The notes under the pieces are model-generated. The model did no database searches, was not told the DNA's origin, and saw nothing but the letters and a program-made list of their open reading frames with translations. Shown piece after piece: positions 32,461-35,184 of a stretch of DNA of 35,184 nt. Both the position numbers and the translations under genes were made by a program. Positions within the stretch are counted from its first letter, which is position 1. Each line of letters begins with the position of its first letter. This stretch comes from a virus: the IMG/VR virus record IMGVR_UViG_3300027860_000002; one strand, given 5' to 3'.

Positions 32461-32890
32461 GAAAAGAGCTTATCCAAAGAAAAAAGTAGCTAAGCAGGTA
32501 GCTCTTCAGGTTACTTCACAGAAAGATGCACCTCAGGACGAAGTACCTCCGGTCTATGCCATTCAACGCATTACACAGGAACAGGCATCAGCCTTTTTCT
32601 ATAACTCCATAGATCTTTTTAATAGGCATCTTTCAGGATCTTATCATGCGGTAAAAATACGCGCAGACAAAGAACATGAAGGGGATGCAGCCAAGATACC
32701 ACTTGATGCAGAAATGATCAGCCTGATTAACCACGTTACGCTTATAAGTATCGCTATGGAACCTATACAAAAAGAAGTAGCAGAAGATCTACCTGAATAT
32801 GCTGATCTGTATAAGTGGATGAAAAGTATCCATAATCTGCATGGTGTGCTAGAGAAAAAATTTGCTGCTGAAAAAAAGAAGGAAAACTAA
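32426..32890 (+). CDS. Hypothetical protein (154 aa)
   Basis: Start moved to ATG 32426, which follows GGGAGA. Confidence 0.5.
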   Translation: MVEESRKANQNKKRAYPKKKVAKQVALQVTSQKDAPQDEVPPVYAIQRITQEQASAFFYNSIDLFNRHLSGSYHAVKIRADKEHEGDAAKIPLDAEMISLINHVTLISIAMEPIQKEVAEDLPEYADLYKWMKSIHNLHGVLEKKFAAEKKKEN

Positions 32891-32893
32891 GAC

Positions 32894-33514
32894 ATGCAAA
32901 GTGATAACCTTAATGAGCTGGCCGCTGCACTAGCAAAAGCCCAGGAAGAGATGGAAGGCGCATCCCGTAATAACGTTAATCCCTTCTTCAAGTCTAAGTA
33001 CGCATCATTTTCAGATGTGGTACAGGCATCGAGACCATCGCTTGCTAAGCACGGTATATCAGTTATACAGCGTACCTATAGAGAAGATGGAACTTTAATA
33101 CTTGAGACCCGCATGCTGCATAGCTCAGGCCAATGGATATCGGGCTACATGCCCCTTAATTTCCCCAAAGATGATGCGCAGAGTAGAGGCAGCTATATCA
33201 CCTACATGAAGCGGTATGCATATGCAGCCCTTGTTGGTGTATACACTGATGATGAAGATGATGATGGCGAGGCAGCAGTAGCGCCACAGCGATCACCTCA
33301 AATGAGTAATGCACCGATACTCAAAAAAGACTATGAACGCATCAGTTCAGATAACATTAAAAATATTATGTTTGAGATTGGTGAACATACCGATATAGCT
33401 GAAAAGATATTGCAACAGTTTCAGATACAAAAGATGAGTGATATACCAAAAGAGTACTATCTTAAAACAATAGACAAGATACGTACGACGGTGAATCAAA
33501 GAAAGAATTCATAA
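32894..33514 (+). CDS. erf: ERF-family single-strand annealing protein (206 aa)
   Basis: LAAALAKAQEEMEGASRNNVNPFFKSKYASFSDVVQASRPSLAKHGISVIQ matches the ERF N-terminal signature I recall. Confidence 0.7.
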   Translation: MQSDNLNELAAALAKAQEEMEGASRNNVNPFFKSKYASFSDVVQASRPSLAKHGISVIQRTYREDGTLILETRMLHSSGQWISGYMPLNFPKDDAQSRGSYITYMKRYAYAALVGVYTDDEDDDGEAAVAPQRSPQMSNAPILKKDYERISSDNIKNIMFEIGEHTDIAEKILQQFQIQKMSDIPKEYYLKTIDKIRTTVNQRKNS

Positions 33515-33520
33515 CACAAA

Positions 33521-33542
33521 GGGGGAGGCTTAACTCTCCCCC
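33521..33542. terminator. Hairpin between convergent genes (GGGGGAG-8 nt-CTCCCCC)
   Basis: Read directly between the erf stop and the fibre stop. The U-tracts are weak. Confidence 0.45.
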
Positions 33543-33597
33543 CGAGATGAAAAACGGGTATGAGTATACCCCTACTAAAAAGGTATATTTAGATTAC

Positions 33598-35184
33598 CTA
33601 AAGGTTACATTCTTTGCAAGTTGTCTCGTGGTTACGCTTGCGGGGCATGCGGCATGATTCAAGATCGGATATGCGTGCATTGAGCTTCTGTATCTCATTA
33701 AGCAATAATACCGAAATATCATGGTACTTAACTGATTCAGGCGCACCATCTTCATTATATACTACAAGGCGCGGCATCGCTTCTTCTACTTCTTCAGCAA
33801 TAAGACCATATTGCATGCGCTTCGTCTCATCTGCCTTGTAGTTAAACACTACAGGACGCAACTTATAGATAGCATCACTGGCATCATCCATATCGTCTAT
33901 ATTTTCTTTATAGCGAAGCGATGACGATACGGTACCAAGTTGACCAGCACTATCAACTAAGACTGCAATAGCATCGGCATTGCCCGTAGTAACGCCACGT
34001 ATGCCCGCTATAACACACTTGGCTTGGGTGCCTTGTACACCTATGCGGGTAGTAGTATTTTCACCAACTGTTCCTGTTACTGATGCACCAATAAGAATAT
34101 TATTGCTTTCAGCGCCAGTATAAGCACTACCTGCTGTATATCCCAGAAATGTATTATTTGCACCAGTAATGAGGCTATAACCCACTTGATGGCCAAATCC
34201 AGTATTGTGAACACCAGTAGTCAAATTATAAAAACCAAAGTTAGAAACCATGGTAGTTTGAGTAGATGTCGTAAGATTAGTTGCAGCAAAATTACCCATA
34301 AGAAGATTTTGCCCACCAATATGTCCTGCCGCAATACCCGTGTTATGACCAACGATAATATTATTATTAGATGTTCCCACTTGCCCCGTGTTAAGGGATG
34401 AGCCTGAATTGTGTCCAATAATCAATGCATCAAGTAATGGACCTGCATTTTGTGCTGCATTATTACCAATCGCCATAGACACACTAAGATTATTAGAATT
34501 CTGGAAAGCGTTATTACCAATAGCCATGACAACGGAAGATTGGTTTGCTGCCCCTGCATTAAATCCTACAAAAAGATTATTATTGGCACCATTTTGTGCA
34601 TATCCAGCTAGATTTCCAATTCCTATATTATTTACACCAACAGTTTCAGAGTAAAAAGTATCAATTCCCACACCAACACCAGTTCCAGAAGTAAGGGCCT
34701 GGAAAGAACCTTTGCCAAGAGCAGTATTACTATATGAAGTTACATTTTGAAGTGATTGTGCACCAACAGCAGTATTGCCCGATACCCCAGCTGCGGTAGC
34801 CGCATTTTGCATAGCTCTAAAGCCAATACAAACATCGTTATTAGCGTTAGTATTTCCATACGCAGCATTATAACCAATTGCAACTGATGAAGAAATTGCA
34901 GTCGCATTGCCATAAGCATTCCAACCAATTGCTACATTGGCACCTCCGACCCCCGTAAATGCTCCAAGGGCATCATAACCCAAGGCTGTATTACCTGAAG
35001 ATGTAGTATTTAATTGAAATGCACTTGATCCGACAGCAACATTTTGGTTACCGGTTGATTCAGCATTACCCGCAAATGCGCCTACAAATGTGTTATCTGT
35101 TGCAGAAGCCGTAGTCAGGGTAAGATTACCGGCATTTGAGCCTAAAAAGGTATTTCTAGTCCCATAGTTAGAGATAAATGGCTG
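33598..35184 (-). CDS. Tail fibre/tailspike, 3' part, with a C-terminal intramolecular chaperone (peptidase S74-type) domain. Continues at 595-1
   Basis: C-terminal SSLRYKENIDDMDDASDAIYKLRPVVFNYKADETKRMQYGLIAEEVEEAMPRLVVYNEDGAPESVKYHDISVLLLNEIQKLNARISDLE. The ORF-track Met at 34983 is an internal TTG, and the frame stays open to the window end. Confidence 0.85.
   Translation of the reverse strand, partial: QPFISNYGTRNTFLGSNAGNLTLTTASATDNTFVGAFAGNAESTGNQNVAVGSSAFQLNTTSSGNTALGYDALGAFTGVGGANVAIGWNAYGNATAISSSVAIGYNAAYGNTNANNDVCIGFRAMQNAATAAGVSGNTAVGAQSLQNVTSYSNTALGKGSFQALTSGTGVGVGIDTFYSETVGVNNIGIGNLAGYAQNGANNNLFVGFNAGAANQSSVVMAIGNNAFQNSNNLSVSMAIGNNAAQNAGPLLDALIIGHNSGSSLNTGQVGTSNNNIIVGHNTGIAAGHIGGQNLLMGNFAATNLTTSTQTTMVSNFGFYNLTTGVHNTGFGHQVGYSLITGANNTFLGYTAGSAYTGAESNNILIGASVTGTVGENTTTRIGVQGTQAKCVIAGIRGVTTGNADAIAVLVDSAGQLGTVSSSLRYKENIDDMDDASDAIYKLRPVVFNYKADETKRMQYGLIAEEVEEAMPRLVVYNEDGAPESVKYHDISVLLLNEIQKLNARISDLESCRMPRKRNHETTCKECNL
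35058..35184. repeat. Second copy of the 127-nt terminal overlap
   Basis: Identical to 1-127. Confidence 0.9.

Overview
The window is a complete, circularly closed dsDNA phage genome. Bases 1-127 are identical to 35058-35184, so the unique length is about 35,057 bp. One tail-fibre gene runs across that junction. Most genes lie on the minus strand in a podovirus-like order: replication initiator, small-terminase-like gene, RuvC, TerL, a TnpB-like gene, two tRNA-type genes, portal, small proteins, scaffold-like gene, an accessory island, major capsid, tail genes, and a seven-gene fibre cassette. A short plus-strand early module (31454-33514) carries an ERF recombinase and an RHH regulator. No CRISPR array, reverse transcriptase, integrase, phage RNA polymerase or recognisable endolysin was seen.

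Main observations:
1. The major capsid gene is split into three exons by two related group I introns. I could read P1 and P10 pairings and a G.U pair at each 5' splice site.
2. Intron 1 carries a LAGLIDADG homing endonuclease gene antisense to the intron. That gene uses no TTA, CTA or TCA codon for almost its whole length, which keeps a codon-aligned 305-codon ORF open on the intron-sense strand.
3. A TnpB-like gene between TerL and portal has Gln where the first RuvC aspartate is expected.
4. The TnpB-like gene is flanked by dense arrays of a TGAGC motif, next to a 45-aa RHH gene.
5. A 98-nt tRNA-like gene has normal acceptor, D and T arms but a 42-nt anticodon arm.
6. The conserved TerL N-terminus has no canonical start codon.

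Functional calls rest on motifs I recognise by eye and on gene order. No database search was run.
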